Assembly: GCA_028687275.1 (NCBI GenBank)
Contig: JAQUAK010000001.1
Coordinates: 164,213-228,212, forward strand
Direction: 5' to 3'
From: Patescibacteria group bacterium
Lineage (GTDB): Bacteria; Patescibacteriota; Patescibacteriia; Patescibacteriales; UBA12465
Length of the DNA: 64,000 nt
Translations under genes and position numbers: made by a program
The notes under the pieces: generated by a model
Databases searched by the model: none
What the model was told of the DNA's origin: nothing
What the model saw: the letters and a program-made list of their open reading frames with translations, nothing else
Shown: piece by piece, positions 1 through 8,234 of the stretch
Numbering within the stretch: position 1 is the first letter of the stretch
Layout: the number at the start of each line of letters is the position of its first letter

Positions 1-1929
1 CAACGTGTGGGTGGGGAAGTTTTAGATAAGTTTAAAAAAGTTGAACATAGTCGACCAATGATTTCACTTTATGATGCTTTTTCTGAAGATGATATGCGTG
101 ATTGGGTGAAAAGAAATGAAAATTATCTACCTTCTTTACTTAATAAAAAAAATAGTTATTACTGCGAATTAAAGTTAGATGGTTTGGCAGCTAATTTGCG
201 TTATGAAAAAGGCCTGTTTATTCAAGGAGCAACTCGCGGCAATGGTAAGGTGGGCGAAGATATCACTCTTAATCTGCGCACGATTGAGAGTCTACCTTTG
301 AACTTACACCGTCCGGAAGAAAAGGAATTAAAGGCCATTGGTTTTTCAGCTGCAGACATTTCTTTATTCTATGAATTGTTGGATGAAAGTACCATTGAAG
401 TCCGCGGAGAAATAATCATGTTAAAGGAAACTTTTAAAGAGTTAAATTTAAAATATGCTCAAGCTGGGAAACCCTTGTTAGCTAATACTCGTAATGGGGC
501 GGCCGGTTCACTGCGTCAGCTTGATCCAAAAATAGCGGCTGAGAGAAAGTTACATTTTTTTGCTTATGATATTATTTTAGGTAACTATGAACGGGGTGAA
601 ATATTACATAATCGCGCTCAAGCTGATTTATTAGTTGAGCTTTTGGGTTTTAAGCGGGTGAAGAATAATAAGATTGGTGCTGGCTTAGATGAGGTCTTTT
701 CTTTTCAAAAGAAATGGGAAAAACAAAAAGAATCTTTGCCCTTTTTTATTGACGGGGTAGTAGTTAAATATGATGACTTAGACTTGTGGAATCAGCTAGG
801 TGTCGTGGGTAAGGCTCCTCGTTATATGATGGCCTATAAGTTCTCAGCCGAACAAGCAACCACTAAGCTTTTAGATGTTGTCTGGCAGGTGGGACGAACA
901 GGAGTATTAACACCAACAGCAATTTTAGAACCAGTTAACTTGGGCGGGGTGACGGTTGCTCGTTCAACTTTACATAACTTAGATGAAATTAGACGTCTAG
1001 ATTTATTTTTAGGTGATACGGTGATTGTGGAAAGAGCAGGGGATGTGATTCCAAAAATAGTTTCAGTACTAACTAATTTACGTATTGGTAAAGAGAAGAA
1101 AATAACAGTTCCGACTCATTGTCCGCGTTGTGATGCTGAAATTAGTAAAGAAGAAGGAGCCGTTGCTTATCGTTGTTTAAATAAAAACTGTTACGCTATT
1201 AGTTTAAGAAAATTATCACACTTTGCTTCTAAGGGGGCAATGGATATTGAGGGTTTGGGCCCTAGAATTGTCGAGACTTTAGTGACTGAAGGTTTGCTCG
1301 AAGATGCGGCTGATATTTTTCGTCTACGCGCCGAAGATCTTCTTGGTTTAGAAGGTTTTGGTGATAAGAAAATTGCTAAGCTCTTAGCTGCCATTAATGA
1401 AAGAAGATCAGTAGCTTTAAGCCGCTTTATTTTTGCTTTAGGTATTTTGCATATTGGCGAAGAAAGCGCCCAGACAATCGCCTTGGAGTTAAGTAGTCGT
1501 TTAAAAGGAGAGTTAATTAAGCCTTCAGTGTTATTGAAGACAGCTTTGTCTATTAATTTTGAAGCCTGGACAAATTTGAATGATATTGGCCAGGTAGTGG
1601 CGCAAAGTTTGGTTGATTATTTTAATTTTAAGGAAACTGAGAGCTTAATGCTGAAATTTGAACAGTTTGGTCTTAACTTATTGCCGCCACTTAGCACTAG
1701 TGGTCATCTAGAGGGCAAGAGCTTCGTTTTAACGGGTTCTTTGCTTAGTTTGACAAGACAGGAGGCAAAAGATAAAATTAAAGCCAAGGGAGGGAAAACT
1801 AAGGAAAGTGTCAGCGCTTTACTTGATTATTTAGTACTTGGAGTTGAACCTGGTTCAAAGTTAGAGACTGCTCGTAAATTAGGGGTGAAAATATTAAGTG
1901 AAGAGGATTTTTTAAAGTTAGTGCAATAA
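1..1929 (+). CDS. ligA: NAD+-dependent DNA ligase, 5' end cut by window edge
   Basis: Frame is open from base 1. Adenylation motif ELKLDG, Zn finger CPRCDAEISKEEGAVAYRCLNKNC, HhH region, C-terminal BRCT-like GKSFVLTGSL. Confidence 0.95.
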   Translation, partial: QRVGGEVLDKFKKVEHSRPMISLYDAFSEDDMRDWVKRNENYLPSLLNKKNSYYCELKLDGLAANLRYEKGLFIQGATRGNGKVGEDITLNLRTIESLPLNLHRPEEKELKAIGFSAADISLFYELLDESTIEVRGEIIMLKETFKELNLKYAQAGKPLLANTRNGAAGSLRQLDPKIAAERKLHFFAYDIILGNYERGEILHNRAQADLLVELLGFKRVKNNKIGAGLDEVFSFQKKWEKQKESLPFFIDGVVVKYDDLDLWNQLGVVGKAPRYMMAYKFSAEQATTKLLDVVWQVGRTGVLTPTAILEPVNLGGVTVARSTLHNLDEIRRLDLFLGDTVIVERAGDVIPKIVSVLTNLRIGKEKKITVPTHCPRCDAEISKEEGAVAYRCLNKNCYAISLRKLSHFASKGAMDIEGLGPRIVETLVTEGLLEDAADIFRLRAEDLLGLEGFGDKKIAKLLAAINERRSVALSRFIFALGILHIGEESAQTIALELSSRLKGELIKPSVLLKTALSINFEAWTNLNDIGQVVAQSLVDYFNFKETESLMLKFEQFGLNLLPPLSTSGHLEGKSFVLTGSLLSLTRQEAKDKIKAKGGKTKESVSALLDYLVLGVEPGSKLETARKLGVKILSEEDFLKLVQ

Positions 1930-1935
1930 AAAATA

Positions 1936-1961
1936 CCTCTTCCGCAGAAGAGGCATTTTTT
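1936..1961 (+). terminator. Rho-independent terminator after ligA
   Basis: Stem cctcttc / gaagagg with loop cgca, followed by a T run. Confidence 0.6.
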
Positions 1962-2031
1962 CCAGATACAGGAACAACAATTGATACTGTTTATATTATA
2001 ATATATTTAGAAAAATAGTCAATTTGTTTTT

Positions 2032-2118
2032 TGGCGGAGAGCAGAGGAGTCGAACCTCATTCCTATCGGAACCAGACAAGTATCAACTGTTGATGTTAAC
2101 CGTAACATTTTACTCTCC
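2032..2118 (-). tRNA. Non-canonical tRNA-Sec-like (8/4, allo-tRNA-type) gene with apparent GAU anticodon, long variable arm, G73 and encoded CCA
   Basis: Hand fold of the reverse complement: GGAGAGTA/TGCTCTCC 8-bp acceptor, ATGTTA-CGGT-TAACAT D arm, loop TTGATAC, variable arm TTCC-GATA-GGAA, T arm GAGG-TTCGACT-CCTC, then G-CCA. Confidence 0.6.
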
Positions 2119-2166
2119 GACCAATTTATAGTAGCAAAAACCACATGAAGCTAGTGTAATAATTTT

Positions 2167-2445
2167 ATGAAATTCAAAACTGCCGACATACAACATATTG
2201 CTGATTTAGCTCGTCTGGACTTAACTCCGGCTGAGTTGAGTATGTATGGAGAGCAGTTGTCAGCTATTACTGCTTATATTGATCAACTGCAGGAGGTAAA
2301 AACAGAGGTGGTAATTAATAATACAGATTTACATAATGTTTGGCGTGAGGATACAGTGCTTGATTGGGAAGATGCAGGCAAGCAGATAGCTTTAGCACAA
2401 GGAGAGCGAGAAGGGGGCTTATTAAAAGTTAAACGTGTTTTATAA
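2167..2445 (+). CDS. gatC: Asp/Glu-tRNA amidotransferase subunit C
   Basis: 92 aa. N-terminal IQHIADLARLDLTPAEL pattern typical of GatC. Sits immediately upstream of gatA. Confidence 0.85.
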   Translation: MKFKTADIQHIADLARLDLTPAELSMYGEQLSAITAYIDQLQEVKTEVVINNTDLHNVWREDTVLDWEDAGKQIALAQGEREGGLLKVKRVL

Positions 2446-2446
2446 T

Positions 2447-3913
2447 ATGGATGCACAGATGTTAACGATCGCTCAGGCGAGACAAGAATTAGATAAGGGC
2501 AATGTGAGTGCGGTAGAATTAACCCGTGCTTGTTTGCGTATCATTGAAGCTCTAGATGATAAGTTAAATGCTTGTCTTTTAGTTGATACTGAGGGGGCCT
2601 TAGCGGCGGCAGAAAAAGCTGACGAGCGTTTGCGTCAAGGCGAACGCGGGGCTTTATTAGGTATTCCATACTTAGCCAAAGATATTTTGATGACTAAGGG
2701 CTTAAAAACAACGGCGGCTTCAAAAATTTTAGAAAATTATATTGCTCCTTTTAGCGCCACTGTAATTGAGCGCTTAGAAAAGGCGGGTGCTATCTTATTA
2801 GGTAAGGCAAACTTGGATGAATTTGCTCACGGTTCTTCAACTGAGAATTCAGCCTATGGTGTTACTAAAAATCCTTGGGATTTAAGTCGCGTGCCGGGCG
2901 GTTCTTCGGGTGGAAGTGCGTCCGCAGTAGCGGCTGGCTTATGTTTTTTTGCCTTAGGGACAGATACAGGCGGCTCTATTAGGCAGCCAGCTAGTTTTTG
3001 TAATCTAGTTGGTTTAAAGCCTAGTTATGGACGAGTTTCTCGTTTTGGTTTGCTATCTATGGCTTCTTCAACAGATACAGCTGGACCTTTAACTCGTAGT
3101 GTTGAAGATGCTGCCTTAGTTTTAGGAGTAATTGCGGGCAAAGATGAGCTTGATGCCACTAGTTTAAATTTACCAGTAGAGGATTATGCAAAAGATTTAA
3201 ATCAGGGAATTAAGGGTTTGCGCATCGGTGTAGTGCGTAGTGATTTAAATGATGGCTTGGACAAGGAAATTAAAGAATCTTTCGAGAAGTCTTTAATATC
3301 AATTCAGAAAGAAGGGGCAGAAATTATTGACATTGAATTACCTTATAGTAAATATAGTGTGCCAGTCTACTATGTAATTACTCCAAGTGAGCTTAGTTCT
3401 AATTTAGCCAGATTTGATGGTATTGGCTGGGGTATGTCAGTTGAAGAATCGCATAATTTGTTATCTTTCTACAAAGAAAATAGAGGGCATGGTTTTGGAC
3501 CGGAGGCTAAGCGTCGAATTATGCTTGGCACTTTTGCTTTAAGCGCTGGTTACGCCGATGCTTATTATAAGAAAGCACAAGCGGTGCGAGAATTAATTAA
3601 GCTTGATTTTGAAAACGCTTTTAAACAAGTTGATGTAATTTTAACTCCAACTGCACCTCACCCGGCCTTTAAAATTGGTGCTCAAGTAAACGATCCTTTA
3701 GCTATGTATTTGGAAGATATTTATTTAAGTGGCGCTTCTTTAGCGGGCTTGCCGGCCATCTCTGTGCCCGGTGGTTTTGTTAGCGAAGAGGGTAAGGACT
3801 TGCCCTATGGTTGGCAGTTTATCGCTCCGATGATGCAAGAAAAATTGTTGTTAAAAACAGCTGCTGCTTGGGAAAAAATTAATAATTATTCTAAACGCCG
3901 TCCAAGTTTTTAA
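2447..3913 (+). CDS. gatA: Asp/Glu-tRNA amidotransferase subunit A (amidase family)
   Basis: Amidase signature GGSSGGSASAVAAG and GTDTGGSIRQPA. The ATG at 2447 lies 1 nt after the gatC stop; the track ORF starts at 2435. Confidence 0.95.
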   Translation: MDAQMLTIAQARQELDKGNVSAVELTRACLRIIEALDDKLNACLLVDTEGALAAAEKADERLRQGERGALLGIPYLAKDILMTKGLKTTAASKILENYIAPFSATVIERLEKAGAILLGKANLDEFAHGSSTENSAYGVTKNPWDLSRVPGGSSGGSASAVAAGLCFFALGTDTGGSIRQPASFCNLVGLKPSYGRVSRFGLLSMASSTDTAGPLTRSVEDAALVLGVIAGKDELDATSLNLPVEDYAKDLNQGIKGLRIGVVRSDLNDGLDKEIKESFEKSLISIQKEGAEIIDIELPYSKYSVPVYYVITPSELSSNLARFDGIGWGMSVEESHNLLSFYKENRGHGFGPEAKRRIMLGTFALSAGYADAYYKKAQAVRELIKLDFENAFKQVDVILTPTAPHPAFKIGAQVNDPLAMYLEDIYLSGASLAGLPAISVPGGFVSEEGKDLPYGWQFIAPMMQEKLLLKTAAAWEKINNYSKRRPSF

Positions 3914-3935
3914 GTTAAAATTTATTTTTTATTTT

Positions 3936-4667
3936 ATGGAAGCCAAAAAAACAAAGAAAGTCATGATGATGTTAATGTCGGTTGCAATTTTGATATTTGC
4001 GGCTGTTTTATATCTAAATAATCATCTTGATTCTAAAAAACAAAATGAACACACTGATTTGCCACAAGATGAATCTTCGTTAATGTCAGGCGTCAAGCAA
4101 AGCTACCTTAGTTCAAATAATCCCGTGCTTGAAGAAGGTGATTTCTATGTAGGTAAAAAAGAGGCTGATCTTAAGATTTTTGTCTATGAAGATTACACTG
4201 ATGTTTTTAGTGCGGAATTAAATAAGTCATTAGCTCAAGCTAAGGACGATTTTGGTGATAATATTTTATTTATTTATCGTCCTTTTAACATTAAGCACGA
4301 TAACACCGCTATTAATGCAGCCATAGCCTTAAGTTGCGCGGCTGATCAAAATAAAGGTGAGATTTGGCGAGAACAATATTTTAGCGAGCTTATAAATAAT
4401 AACTTAACAATTGATAATTTTGATGTTTGGGTAGATGAGTTAAAATTGAATAAGGATGATTTTCAGGTCTGCTTGACTAATCAGTCGAAACAGGAAAGAA
4501 TAGAGAAGTTAATGTCGCAGGCCGCCTCTTATTCAGTCTATGGCGCCCCAACACTGTTTGTTGATGAAGAGATGATTGTTGGCGCTCGTCCTTATCAAAC
4601 CTTTACCGATTCTAATGGTGATGAAATTGAAGGTTTAAAACAAGTAATTGAAAGACAATTAAAATAA
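3936..4667 (+). CDS. Membrane-anchored DsbA-like thioredoxin-fold protein lacking the CXXC active site
   Basis: N-terminal TM helix and DsbA-like layout (IFVYEDYTDVFS..., GAPTLFV cis-Pro loop). The position of the catalytic CPxC reads DVFS. Confidence 0.65.
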   Translation: MEAKKTKKVMMMLMSVAILIFAAVLYLNNHLDSKKQNEHTDLPQDESSLMSGVKQSYLSSNNPVLEEGDFYVGKKEADLKIFVYEDYTDVFSAELNKSLAQAKDDFGDNILFIYRPFNIKHDNTAINAAIALSCAADQNKGEIWREQYFSELINNNLTIDNFDVWVDELKLNKDDFQVCLTNQSKQERIEKLMSQAASYSVYGAPTLFVDEEMIVGARPYQTFTDSNGDEIEGLKQVIERQLK

Positions 4668-4689
4668 TGCTATTTTAAATAGCATCACT

Positions 4690-4779
4690 GGAGAGTTCGC
4701 ATAGTGGTCGAGTGCGCTCGCTTGGAAAGCGGGTATACCTTAATCGGTATCAAGGGTTCGAATCCCTTACTCTCCGCCA
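4690..4779 (+). tRNA. tRNA-Ser (anticodon GGA), canonical class II 7/5 cloverleaf with encoded CCA
   Basis: GGAGAGT-TC-GCAT..GTGC-G-CTCGC-TTGGAAA-GCGGG, long variable arm ATACC..GGTAT, AAGGG-TTCGAAT-CCCTT, ACTCTCC-G-CCA. Confidence 0.9.
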
Positions 4780-4826
4780 AGACAATTTAGTATCGGATAG
4801 ACCCGATATCATAGCTAGTAATAGCT

Positions 4827-4864
4827 AAAAAAAAGAACTTGATTAATGTCAAGTTCTTTTTTTT
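4827..4864. terminator. Bidirectional terminator between tRNA-Ser and the convergent Fic gene
   Basis: A run, stem agaacttga / tcaagttct, then T run. Confidence 0.65.
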
Positions 4865-4895
4865 CAGTCAAGGAGTTTTGAAATAAGGGGAATTT

Positions 4896-4912
4896 TTAGT
4901 TCGAATCCTTAT
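4896..4912 (+). repeat. Partial copy of the tRNA-Ser T arm
   Basis: ttaGTTCGAATCCTTAt compared with tRNA GTTCGAATCCCTTAc. Confidence 0.4.
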
Positions 4913-4933
4913 TGTTTGTCTACTATTTTTCTT

Positions 4934-5992
4934 TTATCTTTTCTTATATCTAGTTGTTCTACCCACACCAATCCGCTCAATCCACTTTAATTGCAGTAAT
5001 TTATTTAAGACCTGATTAATTGTCGGTCTAGGAATACCAGTTGTCTGAGAAATTTCTAGCGGAGTAACAACCCCATCTTGTTTTGATATATATTCCCAAA
5101 CGATATCTTGTTGTGGCGACAAAAGACGGGCCACCTCTTCATGAGAAATTATGTTAATAGCCTTTTCTGATTGTTCCAAGATGATCTTCAAGAAAAAAGT
5201 TAACCAGGCAGTGATATCTTCCTTGTCTGTTCGTAAAGTTTTTTGGCTAGCTCTTAGGGCAATATAATATTCAGGTTTATTCTCTTCAATCAATTTCTCT
5301 TGAGAGACATAAGGCATATATTCATAGCCATGTTGCAACATTAAAAGATTACTTAATACTCTGGATAATCTGCCATTACCATCAGTAAACGGATGGATGT
5401 GTAAAAACTCCACTAGAAAATTTCCAATGATAATTAATGGATGAGCTGATTTTTCTAAAAAAGCAGTTTGTGTCCATTCAACTAACTCTTGCATTTCTTT
5501 TGGTGTTAGCCAAGGAGTTGTTGTGTCAAATAATATTTCTATCGGTTCGCCAGTTGGTGACACCATCGCTACTTTATTTTCATCTTTTTTATATTCACCA
5601 CGATGCAATTCATCTTTCTCGGAATATTTTAACAGTTCACGATGAAAAAATTTAATTGTACTTTCGGCAAAGGGGATTGATTTGTATGATTCAAAAACAT
5701 TAGTTAGTAAATCAAAATAACCGCGTGCTTCTTGTTTGTCGCGGTCTTTAAATTTTTTCATGGAGAGTCCTCTCATTAATCGTTCTACATCTTCATCTGA
5801 CAAATTTGATCCTTCGATTCTAGTTGAAGCTCCGGTTGAAGTAATTAAAATAGATTTTTTCAAATTACCAAGAGTTTGTTGATCTAGTTTAGCGCCATTT
5901 ACCCATTTGCTCTTTAACACATCTATCTTATTAACTAACTCAAGAATATTTTGTGGAAGTTTATTTATTCTATTGTCGAATTTATTATACAT
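4934..5992 (-). CDS. Fic family protein (probable AMPylase) with an intramolecular inhibitory motif and a C-terminal winged-helix domain
   Basis: Fic motif HIHPFTDGNGRLSR. The upstream STRIEG matches (S/T)xxxE(G/N). C-terminal HTH-like tail. Start chosen at MYNKFDNR; the track ORF extends to 6088 through low-complexity AT-rich sequence. Confidence 0.85.
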   Translation of the reverse strand: MYNKFDNRINKLPQNILELVNKIDVLKSKWVNGAKLDQQTLGNLKKSILITSTGASTRIEGSNLSDEDVERLMRGLSMKKFKDRDKQEARGYFDLLTNVFESYKSIPFAESTIKFFHRELLKYSEKDELHRGEYKKDENKVAMVSPTGEPIEILFDTTTPWLTPKEMQELVEWTQTAFLEKSAHPLIIIGNFLVEFLHIHPFTDGNGRLSRVLSNLLMLQHGYEYMPYVSQEKLIEENKPEYYIALRASQKTLRTDKEDITAWLTFFLKIILEQSEKAINIISHEEVARLLSPQQDIVWEYISKQDGVVTPLEISQTTGIPRPTINQVLNKLLQLKWIERIGVGRTTRYKKR

Positions 5993-6116
5993 AATCTTAT
6001 ATAAGTTATATATTAGATTATATAAGATTATGTATGAAATTGCAAGAGCAGACCAGAATACACCCGAGTTTTTAGTAGTTATATTCAAGATTATTAGCTA
6101 ATATGAAATAAAATAA

Positions 6117-6160
6117 AGTATCGGAGCGACCCACTTAGTTCGAATCGCTCACTCTCCGCA
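6117..6160 (+). repeat. Displaced, diverged tRNA-Ser 3' portion (att-like)
   Basis: GTTCGAATCGCTCACTCTCCGCA (6138-6160) compared with the tRNA 3' end GTTCGAATCCCTTACTCTCCGCCA. A strong terminator follows directly. Confidence 0.6.
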
Positions 6161-6165
6161 CACAG

Positions 6166-6203
6166 GGACGAGGTGAGCCTAAAAGCTCATCTCGTCCTTT
6201 TTT
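6166..6203 (+). terminator. Strong Rho-independent terminator after the tRNA fragment
   Basis: 13-bp stem ggacgaggtgagc / gctcatctcgtcc followed by T6. Confidence 0.65.
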
Positions 6204-6529
6204 ATGGAGCTTTTTGAAAGTTCGAACGTGCTCATTTTAGTGTTTAGGAGTTTCTGTGATTTTTGTATTGGTAGTAGCTATTTAAAGGTTAATATTTCAA
6301 TTTTTTCATCGTTTAGAAAAAAGTTCGAACCGAGTGAAGAAAATATCTCTCTTTTCTCTTCGGCGTCTCTTTTTAAGAATTTATTTAGACCGTGGCAAGA
6401 CAGTTCAAAAGTTTTCTTGGTAAGTTCTAATACCGATGAAAAGCCCGACTAACTTTCTTGTCCATTTTTGACTTTTAGGTGTTTTTATCTTAGAATATAG
6501 TTATCTAAAATTTTAATAAAATTGTTAAA

Positions 6530-8221
6530 ATGGAAACTTTTAAAAATAAAATTGCAGAAAGTTTAGCAAAAAAAACAAATATTGATTTTAATATTTTAAG
6601 TGAAGTAATAGAAGTTCCTACAAATGAAGAATTTGGTGATTTTTCTTTTCCATGTTTTCAATTATCAAAAATATTAAAAATTGCCCCAACAATTGTCGCT
6701 AAATCAATAGCTGAAGATTTAGAAATAAAAGGAATAGAAAAAATTGAAGCCATAGGCCCTTATATTAATTTTTTTATTGATAAGAAGAATCTGGCTAATG
6801 TAGTGATTAAGAACATTTTAAAGAAAGGAGATAAATACGGGTCTTCTTTAGTTGGCATCGGGAAAACAGTGGTAATTGATTTTTCTTCGGTAAATATTGC
6901 AAAACCTTTTCATATTGGACATCTTAAATCTACTGCAATTGGGAACTCTTTATATAAAATTTATTCATTTTTAGGCTATCAGTGTGTTGGCGTTAATCAT
7001 GTTGGTGATTGGGGCACACAATTTGGAAAATTAATTGTAGCTTTTAAGAAATGGGGAGATGATAAAAAAAAATATTCTGTAAAAGATTTAGTTAGTCTTT
7101 ATGTTAAATTTCATAAAGAAGCAGAAAAGGACGAGGGGTTAAATGAGGAGGCAAGAGGTGTCTTCAAAAAATTAGAGGCTAACGAGATTGAGTACGTATC
7201 TCTTTGGAGGATGTTCAGAGAATTAAGTTTGAAAGAGTTTAAAAGGGTTTATAAACTATTAAATATTAAATTTGATTCTTGGAATGGCGAAAGTTTTTAT
7301 AATGATAAAGTTGGAGATGTTGTTGCAATGTTGGAGGAAAAAAAAATGTTGGAAAAAAGTCGGGGTGCTTACATAGTTGATCTTGAAAAATTTAATATGC
7401 CCCCATGTATTGTTAAAAGAAGCGATGGGGCTTCTCTTTATGCAACTAGAGATTTAGCGGCAATATTTTATAGAAAAAAAGAATATAATTTTTACAAAAC
7501 TTTATATGTTGTTGGCAACGCTCAACAATTGCATTTTAAACAGATATTTAAAGTTGTTGAATTAATGGGTTTTGGTTGGGCAGACGACTTAATACATGTT
7601 GATTTTGGAACCGTGAGTCTTCAGGAAGGTGCAATGAGCACGAGAAAAGGAATTGTAGTTTATTTAGAAGATGTATTAAATGAATCTATAATAAAAGTAA
7701 ATGAGATTTTAAAGAATAAAGGTTTAACAAGCACTGAGCAGAATAGTTTGGCAAAAAAGATAGGAATTGGAGCAGTAATTTTTAGTGCATTATTTGTAGG
7801 TAGACAGAGCGATTCTACTTTTTTGTGGGAAAAGGTTTTAAATTTTGAAGGAGACTCATCCCCGTATGCTCAGTATACTTATGTTAGAATTAGAAGCCTT
7901 ATTAAAAAGGTTAACAAAAATATTAATAATAATATTAATTATTCCTTGCTTTGCCATGAAAATGAACTCTCATTATTAAAACTGTTGTCAGAATTTCCTA
8001 ACGTAATTACAGAGGCGGCCTCAAGATACGAGCCGTCTGTTGTCGCGCGATATGTAATTGAGTTGGCAAAATATTTTAATAAGTTTTATCATAATTGCCC
8101 TGTAATTAATTTAGAGAATGAAGATCTTCAAAACGCTCGCGTCTCATTATGTGTAGCTACTAGTATTGTTATTAAGAGCGGTTTGAATCTATTAGGTGTC
8201 GATTGCCCAGAAAAAATGTAA
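6530..8221 (+). CDS. argS: Arginine--tRNA ligase, first gene of the AT-rich operon
   Basis: 563 aa. Class I HIGH-type PFHIGHLKST, MSTRKG (the ArgRS KMSKS equivalent), N-terminal Arg_tRNA_synt_N-like region and C-terminal DALR-like anticodon-binding region. Confidence 0.9.
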   Translation: METFKNKIAESLAKKTNIDFNILSEVIEVPTNEEFGDFSFPCFQLSKILKIAPTIVAKSIAEDLEIKGIEKIEAIGPYINFFIDKKNLANVVIKNILKKGDKYGSSLVGIGKTVVIDFSSVNIAKPFHIGHLKSTAIGNSLYKIYSFLGYQCVGVNHVGDWGTQFGKLIVAFKKWGDDKKKYSVKDLVSLYVKFHKEAEKDEGLNEEARGVFKKLEANEIEYVSLWRMFRELSLKEFKRVYKLLNIKFDSWNGESFYNDKVGDVVAMLEEKKMLEKSRGAYIVDLEKFNMPPCIVKRSDGASLYATRDLAAIFYRKKEYNFYKTLYVVGNAQQLHFKQIFKVVELMGFGWADDLIHVDFGTVSLQEGAMSTRKGIVVYLEDVLNESIIKVNEILKNKGLTSTEQNSLAKKIGIGAVIFSALFVGRQSDSTFLWEKVLNFEGDSSPYAQYTYVRIRSLIKKVNKNINNNINYSLLCHENELSLLKLLSEFPNVITEAASRYEPSVVARYVIELAKYFNKFYHNCPVINLENEDLQNARVSLCVATSIVIKSGLNLLGVDCPEKM

Positions 8222-8234
8222 TAAGTTTAAGAAT

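Larger units (their letters stand above)
4780..6160. mobile_element. Probable decayed integrative islet at tRNA-Ser carrying only a Fic gene; no integrase
   Basis: Bounded by the tRNA-Ser 3' end (to 4779) and a 23-nt near-copy of that end at 6138-6160. AGTATCGGA..GACCC is also repeated at 4789-4804 and 6117-6132. Confidence 0.45.

Noticed and set aside
2032-2118. Genuine selenocysteine tRNA (selC)
   Set aside because: The D arm and 8-bp acceptor look like tRNA-Sec. However, the anticodon loop contains no UCA in register, the T stem is 4 bp, and no selA/selB/selD genes are in the window. It is reported instead as an allo-tRNA-like gene.
3914-4667. Missing gatB after gatCA as an anomaly
   Set aside because: gatB is often unlinked, and its absence from this window says nothing about the genome.
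5437-6101. Plus-strand ORFs 5437-5655 and 5907-6101
   Set aside because: Both are antisense to the Fic gene or to its AT-rich 5' region, and neither has supporting features.
6204-6452. 82-aa ORF in the spacer between the Fic islet and argS
   Set aside because: It sits in repeat-bearing non-coding DNA that contains the AAAGTTCGAAC cores. The translation is low-complexity and Ser/Phe-rich, and no motif is recognisable. It most likely is not a gene.
7063-7345. Homopolymeric A tracts inside argS (for example around 7063 and 7335) as phase-variation switches
   Set aside because: Such tracts are expected in DNA this AT-rich. The reading frame is intact and there is no evidence of slippage.
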